A stretch of DNA of 54,040 nucleotides, from positions 1-54,040 of the IMG/VR virus record IMGVR_UViG_3300032263_000001; one strand, written 5' to 3'. Numbering within the stretch: position 1 is the first letter of the stretch; each line of letters starts with the position of its first letter. The notes beneath the pieces are model-generated. The model ran no database searches, was not told where the DNA came from, and worked only from the letters and a program-made list of their open reading frames with translations. Shown here one piece after another: positions 45,983 through 54,040 of this stretch. The stretch is from a virus. Its lineage: Duplodnaviria; Caudoviricetes. Position numbers and translations under genes: made by a program.

Positions 45983-46055
45983 AGCTAGCCCAGAGATTTG
46001 AACTCTGCCTCTCTTGATTACAAGTCAAGTGCCTTACCGATTTGGCTAGACTAGC
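45983..46055 (-). tRNA. tRNA-Thr(UGU)
   Basis: Acceptor GCTAGTC/GGCTAGC; anticodon arm CTTGA-CTTGTAA-TCAAG; T arm CAGAG-TTCAAAT-CTCTG; CCA not encoded at the end. Confidence 0.9.
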
Positions 46056-46093
46056 GAGGCACCACAAAGTTTTAGTTTGCAGTGGTATTTATG

Positions 46094-46122
46094 TTTATAT
46101 CGTAACCCTAAAATAGTGTCAA
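46094..46122 (-). promoter_or_regulatory. Sigma70-type promoter of the tRNA
   Basis: TTGACA-17-TATAAA. Confidence 0.65.
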
Positions 46123-46138
46123 GCTCTGGAGCTACTTT

Positions 46139-46486
46139 TTAGTCGCAACACTTTTTCACTTTTTCTTGGAGGTTGAGGAAGTTTACTTGGAGAGTAGAAA
46201 TATCGATCTTTAGTTTTTGAAGATAAAGACCGTGGTCGTAGAAACCCTTATCTAGGGAGTCTTTAACTTTCTCTAGAGCTTTAGTGTTTTGCTGAACTTT
46301 GATTTGATTACTATTGAACTTTTCTCCAAGGACAGCTACCTCTTGAGAAAGTTTACCTAGGTTAGCGTTCATTTCATGGAGTCCGTCAATCAGGCGAACT
46401 CCGAAAGTTCCCAGTCCTCCAGCAACTACCGGAAAAAGGATTGAAGCCAAAATCAACTTAATTCTGTTTTCTGTTACTCCAGTCAT
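46139..46486 (-). CDS. Single-TM coiled-coil protein (holin candidate)
   Basis: N-terminal TM segment; upstream of the endolysin gene. Confidence 0.5.
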   Translation of the reverse strand: MTGVTENRIKLILASILFPVVAGGLGTFGVRLIDGLHEMNANLGKLSQEVAVLGEKFNSNQIKVQQNTKALEKVKDSLDKGFYDHGLYLQKLKIDISTLQVNFLNLQEKVKKCCD

Positions 46487-46498
46487 ATCGCTTTCTCC

Positions 46499-46930
46499 TT
46501 AAGTTCTCGGCATGAGGAAAACACATAAAACCGGGTTTTGAAGTGTCGAACCCGAAACAATCTTAGCCGCAAGTTCCACATCCTCCCGTAGTGATATAGA
46601 GGGAGAATACTGTATTGAGCCCTCATACTGCCCCGCTGGGATTGTTATTGTCGCTCCTGCGATTAGACTGTAAGTGGTGATAGCAGTCCTATCGTACAGC
46701 TGGATTACTGTATCAGTCGTGACGGTTCCTTGAGCGGCAGCCCTCATCTTTACTATGCGGTTCCTTCCGAAAATAGGGAATGCTGTTAAAGAGGAATCAA
46801 CGTTTCCTATTCTAAGCCATTTGTTAATCCCTACATTTCCATTCTCGGTAAAGAGAAACGGAGGAGTAACCCCAGGAGAGGTTTGTGAGTACCAAGGGGG
46901 AGCCATCAACTCTATCAAACTATCAGCCAT
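46499..46930 (-). CDS. Putative virion protein (beta-rich)
   Basis: Composition and late-gene context. Confidence 0.55.
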   Translation of the reverse strand: MADSLIELMAPPWYSQTSPGVTPPFLFTENGNVGINKWLRIGNVDSSLTAFPIFGRNRIVKMRAAAQGTVTTDTVIQLYDRTAITTYSLIAGATITIPAGQYEGSIQYSPSISLREDVELAAKIVSGSTLQNPVLCVFLMPRT

Positions 46931-47331
46931 CACCACACCTCCGAAATTCTAAGAGTTGTTGTTACTCCCGTATCACAAATTGCATAAACATCTACCGAGT
47001 CGGACACCTTTAGAAACATCCCCGTACCACCCCCACAAAGGTACAAACCGTTTGAAGAGGTAACCCCCGAGTTACCGATAAAGCAACACTCCTCTCCGAT
47101 ATTTTGAAGAAACAAACCTCTTCTATCGGTTTGATTAGAAACTCCCACCGATAACCTTTGAGCGGTTGTTGTTATCGTCTTTTCTGCGGTACTTATTCCT
47201 TCTGTTATGAGTTCCGTTGACTCAACACACAAGCGGTTTTTACTTGCGAGGTCAACGGTCTCCACAGCCCTAGCCTCATCTTGCCCAGTGAGTCGGGTTA
47301 CTGTAGAACGGATCAAATCATCTGCCATCAT
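46930..47331 (-). CDS. Putative virion protein (beta-rich)
   Basis: 'RRGLFLQN...FIGNSGVTSSNG'; late-gene context. Confidence 0.55.
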   Translation of the reverse strand: MMADDLIRSTVTRLTGQDEARAVETVDLASKNRLCVESTELITEGISTAEKTITTTAQRLSVGVSNQTDRRGLFLQNIGEECCFIGNSGVTSSNGLYLCGGGTGMFLKVSDSVDVYAICDTGVTTTLRISEVW

Positions 47332-47341
47332 TTTCTCCTTT

Positions 47342-47374
47342 AAAAAACTCCCGCAAAGTTAGACTTTACAGGAG
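47342..47374 (-). terminator. Intrinsic terminator
   Basis: CTCCTGTAAAGT-cta-ACTTTGCGGGAG plus a T run. Confidence 0.55.
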
Positions 47375-47413
47375 TGCCAAATTTGGGGGAAAGGCTTGAG
47401 CCAGTAGGTTAAC

Positions 47414-48028
47414 TTATACCTCAATTCCTTGAAGAGTCGAGTAAACGTCACTCGCTTGGTTATCCAAGTTTGTGATTTGAACTCGAATCGCTTCCGTCCC
47501 ATCTCCTGTATCAGTAACACAAGGAATAGGAATAGGAAGGTTCATCGCTGGTTGTTGGAAATAGGTCCCCAGTACGGTGAAAGTTGCACCGTCCCAAGTT
47601 CCAATCTCAACTTGTGTTTTGGCTTCACCTCCTACAAGGAGGTACGTACCAGTGAAAACTTTACCATTTGTGATAACATAGTCGTGAGTTGTTGCCGTAT
47701 CCGAAGCCAAAGCAGTTGTGCTCTGATAATCACAAACAGCAGTACCACCGGAGGTAGTTTTCACGTTCAAAGAACCGTCAGAGTTTACGGATAGAGTGTT
47801 TGTGCCATCTCCGATTCCCACGATATCCGTAGTAGGAGCAAGGTCTCGAATATCGAGATCGGTTGCGGTTACTACAAGAGAGGCATTAGTGATTTCCGCC
47901 TCTACTTGAGCTTGGCCGTCACCATTAACAGCCATAATTTGAGTTGTTGTTGTAGGGTCACAAATAGTTGCAACCACTTCCCCATTTCGGTTGGTTTGTA
48001 CTCCAACTGATCCGTCAAAGTTTGCCAT
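47414..48028 (-). CDS. Putative virion fibre/decoration protein
   Basis: Thr/Asp/Gly-rich; 'ATDLDIRDL', 'VNSDGSLNV'. Confidence 0.6.
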   Translation of the reverse strand: MANFDGSVGVQTNRNGEVVATICDPTTTTQIMAVNGDGQAQVEAEITNASLVVTATDLDIRDLAPTTDIVGIGDGTNTLSVNSDGSLNVKTTSGGTAVCDYQSTTALASDTATTHDYVITNGKVFTGTYLLVGGEAKTQVEIGTWDGATFTVLGTYFQQPAMNLPIPIPCVTDTGDGTEAIRVQITNLDNQASDVYSTLQGIEV

Positions 48029-48030
48029 TG

Positions 48031-48234
48031 TTAGCCTCCTTCTTTATCTAAATTCTCAAGCTCTAACTCTTTCCCCATTTTTTGGTCTTCCAGATCTTGA
48101 ATCCTGAGAAGACAATCCCCTGCCTTTTTCTCAGCTTCCATTTTCAGTTTCTTTTGCTCGAATACTCCAGCACTCAAACCTGCAATATCTTTTTGAAGCA
48201 AAAGCTTTTTTATTTCTCTTTCATGATTATTCAT
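48031..48234 (-). CDS. Small coiled-coil protein
   Basis: ATGA overlap with the upstream gene. Confidence 0.5.
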   Translation of the reverse strand: MNNHEREIKKLLLQKDIAGLSAGVFEQKKLKMEAEKKAGDCLLRIQDLEDQKMGKELELENLDKEGG

Positions 48235-48713
48235 GATGTAATCTCCCGATAGTAGATATAGCATTCAAAATCCGCTGACTCCTCAGTAACTGACTCGTTT
48301 TTTACTGCCACTTTTAACTCGTCTCCAATAACAAGTTTGAAGGGTTGAGAGAAAATAGGTGACCGTTCGAAATAGGAAGAACGGAGTCTCCCAAAAACGG
48401 AACCATTAACCTCAATCCTAAACTCGGCATAATCATTTGAGTTGAACCCAATAGAAACTACTTCGATATTTTGAGTCATTGTCTCATCAACCAAAGTACT
48501 TTCTAAAGGGTGAGCCAAGCCAATTGCTACACCGGTTAAAACTTGAGCTTGAATTGCGGATCTAGTGAAAGGTAGAGAGCCGTCAGGGTTCAAAGTTACA
48601 GCTAAGATTTTGTTTGTTAGAGGTTCATATCCAAGGAGAAGTCTACCTCGAATCTCGTTATAGATTTCTCGGTGTTTAGATACCACCTCTCGAAATGTTG
48701 TAAGCATCGACAC
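48231..48713 (-). CDS. Putative virion protein
   Basis: 160 aa; late-gene context. Confidence 0.55.
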   Translation of the reverse strand: MSMLTTFREVVSKHREIYNEIRGRLLLGYEPLTNKILAVTLNPDGSLPFTRSAIQAQVLTGVAIGLAHPLESTLVDETMTQNIEVVSIGFNSNDYAEFRIEVNGSVFGRLRSSYFERSPIFSQPFKLVIGDELKVAVKNESVTEESADFECYIYYREITS

Positions 48714-48733
48714 CCCTCCTCAAGTTTCCTCCA

Positions 48734-49072
48734 TTACTGGAAAAGAGAGATAGAAGCGTCAACTGTCCCACCTGTCACATTATTTTTTGTTACTCTCAAG
48801 CGAACATAATTAAAGAAACAATCGGCTGAGGTGAAAGGGTCTACATCGGAGGCAGTTGTTATAGAGACAGCCGGGGTAAAGATGCCCCATTTGACTCCAT
48901 CGTTACTGACTTCCAGGGTATATTCAGCGTCAAGAGTTCCCGTTAAGTTGCTCCAACCAATAATGACTCCAATTTTATAAAGCCCTTTAGTTGCGAAAGC
49001 GGTAGAAACAATGTCAGAAGAAAGGGTGGAACTAGCTAGCAAAACTTCGTTAATATTCATAATCTTATTCAT
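48734..49072 (-). CDS. Putative beta-sandwich virion protein (paralogue of 49109..49483)
   Basis: 'LEVSNDGVKW...YVRLR...VTGGTV'. Confidence 0.6.
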   Translation of the reverse strand: MNKIMNINEVLLASSTLSSDIVSTAFATKGLYKIGVIIGWSNLTGTLDAEYTLEVSNDGVKWGIFTPAVSITTASDVDPFTSADCFFNYVRLRVTKNNVTGGTVDASISLFQ

Positions 49073-49108
49073 GAAGTTCTCCTTAGGAGGGTAATAACCC
49101 TCCAGTAG

Positions 49109-49483
49109 TTAGCTTGCTAGTTTTCCCCAAATTTTAGCTGTAACAGTTCCACCGGTGATAGCAGTTCCATCGATATAAAGTCTTAGGTAAGGGTAGAACA
49201 AATCTTTTGCTCCAAAACCTAGCTCATAATCGGTAGACAAATCGGAACTTGATACAGTGTCAACGGTTGCATTAGTTCGAAACCAAGAGGTACCATCAAC
49301 CGAACCTTCAAGGTAGATATCTGCGGAGGGGGTACCCCCTGAAGTAACCGAGTCGAAAATGATAGAACATCCCACCTTCTCAATATTCTCGGCTTTGATA
49401 GAGGAAGTAGCTTTATCCATTCCGCCAGATAAGTCATAGTCTGTTAGAACGGTATAGAGTTTCCCGGAGTTAATGCTTGCCAT
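49109..49483 (-). CDS. Putative beta-sandwich virion protein
   Basis: 'LEGSVDGTSW...YLRLY...ITGGTV'. Confidence 0.6.
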   Translation of the reverse strand: MASINSGKLYTVLTDYDLSGGMDKATSSIKAENIEKVGCSIIFDSVTSGGTPSADIYLEGSVDGTSWFRTNATVDTVSSSDLSTDYELGFGAKDLFYPYLRLYIDGTAITGGTVTAKIWGKLAS

Positions 49484-49576
49484 AGTTAATCCTCCCCATG
49501 GTCTTAGTTATTAAAAAAGGTTCCTCTTGAATTCTAGCACAAGAGGAATCTTAGACACAATACACGACTTTTGTCG

Positions 49577-50248
49577 TTATTGAAGGCCGATTTCAGTTTT
49601 AAGTGTTTCCCACAAAGTAACTAAGTCCTCATGAGTAGTGCAATCCTCAACCGCCTGAATTTGAGCATCTCTAGCTTCAGACAAATTGTAATAGTCCAAA
49701 GAGAAATCAACTCGGGTATCTGCAAAGTCCTCTTGAGGCATCTCGTAAACATCCCCGGATGAAAGAATGAACTCAAATGAGGTCGCTCCAAAAGAAAACG
49801 CTTTTTCGGCATTAACTGATTGCATGATGAAGCTTTCTAGTGTGATATTTCCAGCGGTAGCAAGCATCTTTTCTGTATTCCGGTTTATCTCTGTTTTCAA
49901 GGGATAGTATTTCGCAATGACGTTTGCTTTTGCTTCTACCAAGGGTAGTTCTCTTTGAGCCCATCTTCTCCGTACCTCTTGAGCGGGTTCGCTCAAGAGG
50001 TACCCACCGTCAACATAATAATAGATTTCTAGGTCATTCGTAGGTTGAGGAACTTCATTTACCGGGTAAACGATTGAGCCGTTTCCTAGGTCATGAACTC
50101 CTGTAAATTCTGGAATATTGTCTCTGATTGAGACGATATCATCGTTTAATTGGTTTCTTTTTTCGACGAGAGACAGCATCATGGAAGTTCTCGCTTCCGC
50201 CATGAACTCGGTTAAAATCTCCCCGTCTTGCGTTAAAACGTAACTCAT
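49577..50248 (-). CDS. Probable tail-fibre assembly/chaperone protein
   Basis: Downstream of the fibre gene; similar layout to 50260..50808. Confidence 0.45.
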   Translation of the reverse strand: MSYVLTQDGEILTEFMAEARTSMMLSLVEKRNQLNDDIVSIRDNIPEFTGVHDLGNGSIVYPVNEVPQPTNDLEIYYYVDGGYLLSEPAQEVRRRWAQRELPLVEAKANVIAKYYPLKTEINRNTEKMLATAGNITLESFIMQSVNAEKAFSFGATSFEFILSSGDVYEMPQEDFADTRVDFSLDYYNLSEARDAQIQAVEDCTTHEDLVTLWETLKTEIGLQ

Positions 50249-50259
50249 CTTGAACCTCC

Positions 50260-50808
50260 TTAAATGGTTTCATCAAACTCTTTTTCGAACAACTCTTTTT
50301 TCTTATTTGTTATCAGCTCCAAGATATCCCTCATCTCTTGATTTGACAATGTTATCCATTCATTGTTTTCACATTTCCAAACTATTCCTGTCTTTCCAAG
50401 GAAAATGTAGTTAGAAAGAATTGTCATGGTTTTGTCGTCGGCCTTTATGGTTTTTCCTTTGAAAGAAATGATAGCTTCCACTTCGGCTTTTTTTCTTTTT
50501 GATTCAGCCTGCAGTATTTTTTTCAGCTGAATTTCTTCAAGAGTCAAATCTCTAACGACAAACTCGATTATGACGGAATCCTCTGAAATTACTTCCTTAT
50601 CCCTCGAAAGCGTTTGAGTAGCTTCATCATAGGAAGGTTTTTGGGATTCTATTACTGGAAGTATTTTTAGTGTCTCATAAGTAAAAGGCGGGATAACTTG
50701 AATAGATGCAAGTTGTGTTTTAAAATCTTGCCAAACTTTTCCAACGAAAACACTACTATCCCTACAATACTCAATAACCTCACCATTTTTAATTATTGCA
50801 TACTTCAT
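50260..50808 (-). CDS. Tail-fibre-associated protein (DUF4376-like C-terminus)
   Basis: 'KPSYDEATQ', 'VWKCENNEWITL'. Confidence 0.55.
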   Translation of the reverse strand: MKYAIIKNGEVIEYCRDSSVFVGKVWQDFKTQLASIQVIPPFTYETLKILPVIESQKPSYDEATQTLSRDKEVISEDSVIIEFVVRDLTLEEIQLKKILQAESKRKKAEVEAIISFKGKTIKADDKTMTILSNYIFLGKTGIVWKCENNEWITLSNQEMRDILELITNKKKELFEKEFDETI

Positions 50809-50811
50809 AGT

Positions 50812-52215
50812 TTACACCTTATTAATAGTATAACGAAACTCAACTAGACCGCCTGCACCTGCACCGGACGATCCGGAAGCCCCTCCATCAAAGAAACTCC
50901 CAGAGCCACCACCTCCGTAACTGCCTCCAGTTACTCCTGTAAATCCAAAAACACTCGTTCTAGGTCCCAGAAACATATAGGCACCGCTTCCTCTTGCGGA
51001 GTCGCCACCTTTTAGTGTAGTTTGTGTCGCGCTAGTTGTTGATGCTGATGAATCTCCTACACCAGACCCACCTTTTTGAACAAAGCCTCCAATGCCTCCT
51101 CCACCTAAAGAAGTCGTGTTTGTATACCTTGTGTTTGGAGATATGGCTGAGTATATCCCTGCACCTCCACCATAAGCGGTTATACTAAACACCCCTGAGA
51201 GAGAGCAGGTTGAGTCGCCACCACTATTTCCATTTTGATTACTGGTTCCAGAAACAGCCGCGCCGCCAGATCCAACCGAGTATGTTATTTCATCCCCAGG
51301 GGAAACTCTGACAGATAGAGTTACCGTTCCACCCCCGCCCCCGCCAGTTACATAATACTGATTACTCCTGTCACCTAGAGCACCACTAGCTCCTGCCCCG
51401 ACTGAAGTGATATCGATCTGATAAACTTCAGCAGGAACTGTCCAAGTTCCGGAGCCTGAAGTGAAAGACGTGACCCCTGTCGTTGCTGTGTTGGCAGTGG
51501 TAGGAACAGACGTTTGTCCTAGAATATGCCAGGTTGTTCCGTTGCAGACAAGAACAACAAAAGAATATTGGTCGCTCAAATCGAACGTGGTAGCTCCGTC
51601 GATTGTTTCCGAACCGTTTCCATCAATAGTCCAAGTGTGGGAAGCTTCCATCTTTTTGAACATCAAGGTTAACCCGGTTGAGTTGGCAACCGCCGGGAGA
51701 GTTGTTGTTGCGTCGCCCGATAAACTCCCCGTGTAATATAGAGTGTTTTTTGATGGAGCTACCGAACCGGTTCCGGTTACCGAAGCGATGTTTTCAAGAT
51801 ATCCGGAAGCGATCCCCCAGTCACTGTTTGAAAACGAAGGTTCCGAAGCCGTCACGTCAGCGAGATTTGTTAAGAGGAGCCAAGTCGCTCCATTGTGATA
51901 AACCGAAGCGGGAACGTTCAAAGCTCCGGTCAGGGCACTCCAATTTCCTGCGAAGTTTGCTGCGGCTAGTGCGGCATCTTCAGCATTTTCCGCTGCGGTT
52001 TGTGCTGTCTCCGCAGCGGTTTGAGCCGCTTCCGCTCCTGTTTCATATCCCGCCATTGTGGTTTCAAACGTATCTCCGTAGGAACCGAAAGCGTTTAACT
52101 CCGTTCGAAAGGTAGGGAGGTTCCCCAAAAAGCTATTTGCGTTCGATGAAAAAGTCGCAGGGTCTTGGGTCCTGGAGGGGACCGTACCGAGCGATGATAT
52201 AGTAGGCCAAGCCAT
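50812..52215 (-). CDS. Tail fibre / receptor-binding protein with a Gly-rich C-terminal domain
   Basis: N-terminal 'VPSRTQDPATF'; 'GSETIDG' module; 'FTSGSGTWTVPA' followed by GGGGG-rich sequence. Confidence 0.78.
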   Translation of the reverse strand: MAWPTISSLGTVPSRTQDPATFSSNANSFLGNLPTFRTELNAFGSYGDTFETTMAGYETGAEAAQTAAETAQTAAENAEDAALAAANFAGNWSALTGALNVPASVYHNGATWLLLTNLADVTASEPSFSNSDWGIASGYLENIASVTGTGSVAPSKNTLYYTGSLSGDATTTLPAVANSTGLTLMFKKMEASHTWTIDGNGSETIDGATTFDLSDQYSFVVLVCNGTTWHILGQTSVPTTANTATTGVTSFTSGSGTWTVPAEVYQIDITSVGAGASGALGDRSNQYYVTGGGGGGTVTLSVRVSPGDEITYSVGSGGAAVSGTSNQNGNSGGDSTCSLSGVFSITAYGGGAGIYSAISPNTRYTNTTSLGGGGIGGFVQKGGSGVGDSSASTTSATQTTLKGGDSARGSGAYMFLGPRTSVFGFTGVTGGSYGGGGSGSFFDGGASGSSGAGAGGLVEFRYTINKV

Positions 52216-52258
52216 TCTTTTCTCCTTTTAAAAGGTTTCTTTTCTAAGCATACTTCTT

Positions 52259-53140
52259 TTATTCCAATCCCTCAACTGAGAGTGAACATGTAGCAAGAGG
52301 AGGATTGTCATAAAGAAGTCTGAAGTCTTTAAAGAATCCGTAAACAATTGTAGAGGACAAATCTTCATCTCCAATATAAACCGTAGGTACGTCTCTAAAC
52401 CCTGATAAAGTTCTTTGAACGTAAGCCATGGACTCCCTTTCTAGGGAGACCACATAGTCAGAGCGTTTCACAAATGCTTTGGAGTCAACCGAATAGTTAC
52501 CATTAGCGTCTTCAGTTTTCCTAGAGAAAGTGATGATTCCTGTGTTGACCGGATAAACAGTATCTCCAAGATTGATGCTTTGCCCTGCTACTATTTCCCC
52601 AACTTCCGCAGTATCTCCAGTGTTATCTATCACAATATCTATATCAACTCCTGTACCGAAATAAGCGGGGAGGTCGGTGAAGGCTACGTCTTGTCGGTTG
52701 CTAAAGGGAGAGAAAAACCAAGAGTACCAATCAGCCTCTAAATCTCCTTCGGCAAGGGATAGGGTTGAATTGTAAACCTCTCCATCTACCGAATCGGTGA
52801 CTTTCACTTGAACCGTATCAGCATTCAACCCGAAAAAGGAGATACCATTTATTAGCGTTGTCGGGTTTGAAATAGTCATTTCGATAGTGTTTGAATTTGT
52901 GGTTTTGGTTCCTATGATTTCATCGCTCCACCTCCACTTATTAGCATAGCCTTGACTCTCCCAATCGGTGCTAGTTCCAGGTTCGGCAGTTGTCGAGGCG
53001 ACAACACACTTCCAAATCTCTTTTTCATGGGTGACCAAATCGTTTAAGTTGTACGTACCAGCGGACCAATCAGAGTCGGTGTTTGATACGTTGGTTGTTA
53101 AGTCCCCCTCAGGTACTACGTATTTACTAATTACTTTCAT
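52259..53140 (-). CDS. Tail tip / distal tail protein
   Basis: 293 aa directly after the tape-measure gene (TAATG coupling). Confidence 0.6.
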   Translation of the reverse strand: MKVISKYVVPEGDLTTNVSNTDSDWSAGTYNLNDLVTHEKEIWKCVVASTTAEPGTSTDWESQGYANKWRWSDEIIGTKTTNSNTIEMTISNPTTLINGISFFGLNADTVQVKVTDSVDGEVYNSTLSLAEGDLEADWYSWFFSPFSNRQDVAFTDLPAYFGTGVDIDIVIDNTGDTAEVGEIVAGQSINLGDTVYPVNTGIITFSRKTEDANGNYSVDSKAFVKRSDYVVSLERESMAYVQRTLSGFRDVPTVYIGDEDLSSTIVYGFFKDFRLLYDNPPLATCSLSVEGLE

Positions 53141-54040
53141 TATTCAGTCCTCGTACTGGGTAATCCGTTATAATCCCATTCTAGCAATCTTTTTTCGATA
53201 GCGTTAGAGTTAACATTCATGTTTATCATCATTTGGGTTAGGTCACTCCTCATTTGTTTGAGTTCAGTTATCAAAGCCGAGCTGCTTCCCGAAGAAGGGG
53301 AAGCGACCGAATAGGTCGGATTAGGAATGCCTATCATCCCTCCTTGGTTGAACATTGGAGCGGGAACTCCTAATTGTCTCCCAGCGAAACCGATTATTCC
53401 TTTCATCCCTTCTGCAACCGCTGAACGGGGGATAACCATTTCTCCGGGAGAAAGTAGGGAAGGAACCGTATCGTTTTTCCTATGGTCTCCCGCCATTTTG
53501 GCAATACCTGGTATGATACCTCCTTCAGCCCAATTCCAAGGTCGAATAATTTTTCCTACGGTAGAGTTCTCATTTGTTGGGTCCAGCTCACTAATGAAAC
53601 TTCCCGCTCCTTCTCCGATACTTTTTACGGAGTCAACTATATCTCGGATTGTGTCGGCAACTGCCTGCAAGGCCTTCTGAAAGGGGTCGAATATGTTCTC
53701 TTTAACCCAGTTGAAAGCTCTTCGGACAATACCATCTTCCCCAAAAAGAGGGTCAAATATCTTCTCTTTAATCCACTTGAAAGCTCCTCTAACAACTCCA
53801 TCTTCCCCGAAAAGAGGGTTGATAATGTTATCTTCTATCCATTTGAAAGCTCCTCGAACTATTCCATCTTCCCCGAAAAGGAAGTTGAACCCCTCTTCAA
53901 TCCAAGTAAAGGTTGCTCTAAATAGGTCGATGACTGGTTGGAATATCTTCTCTTTAACCCAATTAAACAAGCCTCGAATTATTCCATCTTCCCCAAATAG
54001 AGGTTCGAAAATATTCTCATCAATCCATCTAAAGGCCGCC
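53140..54040 (-). CDS. Tape measure protein, C-terminal part (continuation of 1..4158)
   Basis: In frame across the join; 22-aa FxWxxxxIFxPLFGEDG repeats and 'AEGG...DTVPSLLSPGEMVI'. Confidence 0.9.
   Translation of the reverse strand, partial: AAFRWIDENIFEPLFGEDGIIRGLFNWVKEKIFQPVIDLFRATFTWIEEGFNFLFGEDGIVRGAFKWIEDNIINPLFGEDGVVRGAFKWIKEKIFDPLFGEDGIVRRAFNWVKENIFDPFQKALQAVADTIRDIVDSVKSIGEGAGSFISELDPTNENSTVGKIIRPWNWAEGGIIPGIAKMAGDHRKNDTVPSLLSPGEMVIPRSAVAEGMKGIIGFAGRQLGVPAPMFNQGGMIGIPNPTYSVASPSSGSSSALITELKQMRSDLTQMMINMNVNSNAIEKRLLEWDYNGLPSTRTE

Noticed and set aside
45983-46055. tRNA as an attP integration site
   Set aside because: No integrase or recombinase gene recognised.
53914-54040. Terminal repeat as a biological direct terminal repeat
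   Set aside because: It is exactly 127 bp, a common assembler k-mer overlap, and lies inside an uninterrupted CDS, so it is better read as circularisation.
1-54040. Stop-codon reassignment
   Set aside because: Genes tile densely under the standard code, and TAA, TAG and TGA all end well-formed genes.

Overview
This window looks like one complete tailed-phage (siphovirus-like) genome of about 53,913 bp. Bases 1-127 are identical to 53914-54040, and the tape-measure gene reads in frame across that join. The minus strand carries packaging, head and tail genes (TerS, TerL, portal, scaffold, capsid, tail tube, a frameshifted chaperone pair, tape measure, tail fibre) and replication genes (SF3 helicase, PolA, SSB, Cas4-like exonuclease, HU, SNF2). 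It also carries a complete 7-deazaguanine DNA-modification cluster (ParB-like, DpdA/TGT-like, queC, queD, queE, folE), a Tad1-like anti-defence sponge, a lysozyme/M15 endolysin and a tRNA-Thr(UGU). A plus-strand block of small early-type genes spans 30.8-39.3 kb. I found no integrase and no CRISPR array. The best candidate for an undescribed system is an operon with its own promoter at about 19.0-21.6 kb. There, three tandem paralogues sharing an 'IHS-x-V-(E/D)-(V/I)-ITNSS' motif are translationally coupled to a SPASM-less radical SAM enzyme and a MazG-like protein. Other notable signals are repeated hairpins that contain a promoter -10 and hide a ribosome-binding site, and two sigma28-like promoters placed back-to-back with candidate ~50-nt RNAs. 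All product calls come from motif recognition by eye; no database searches were run.
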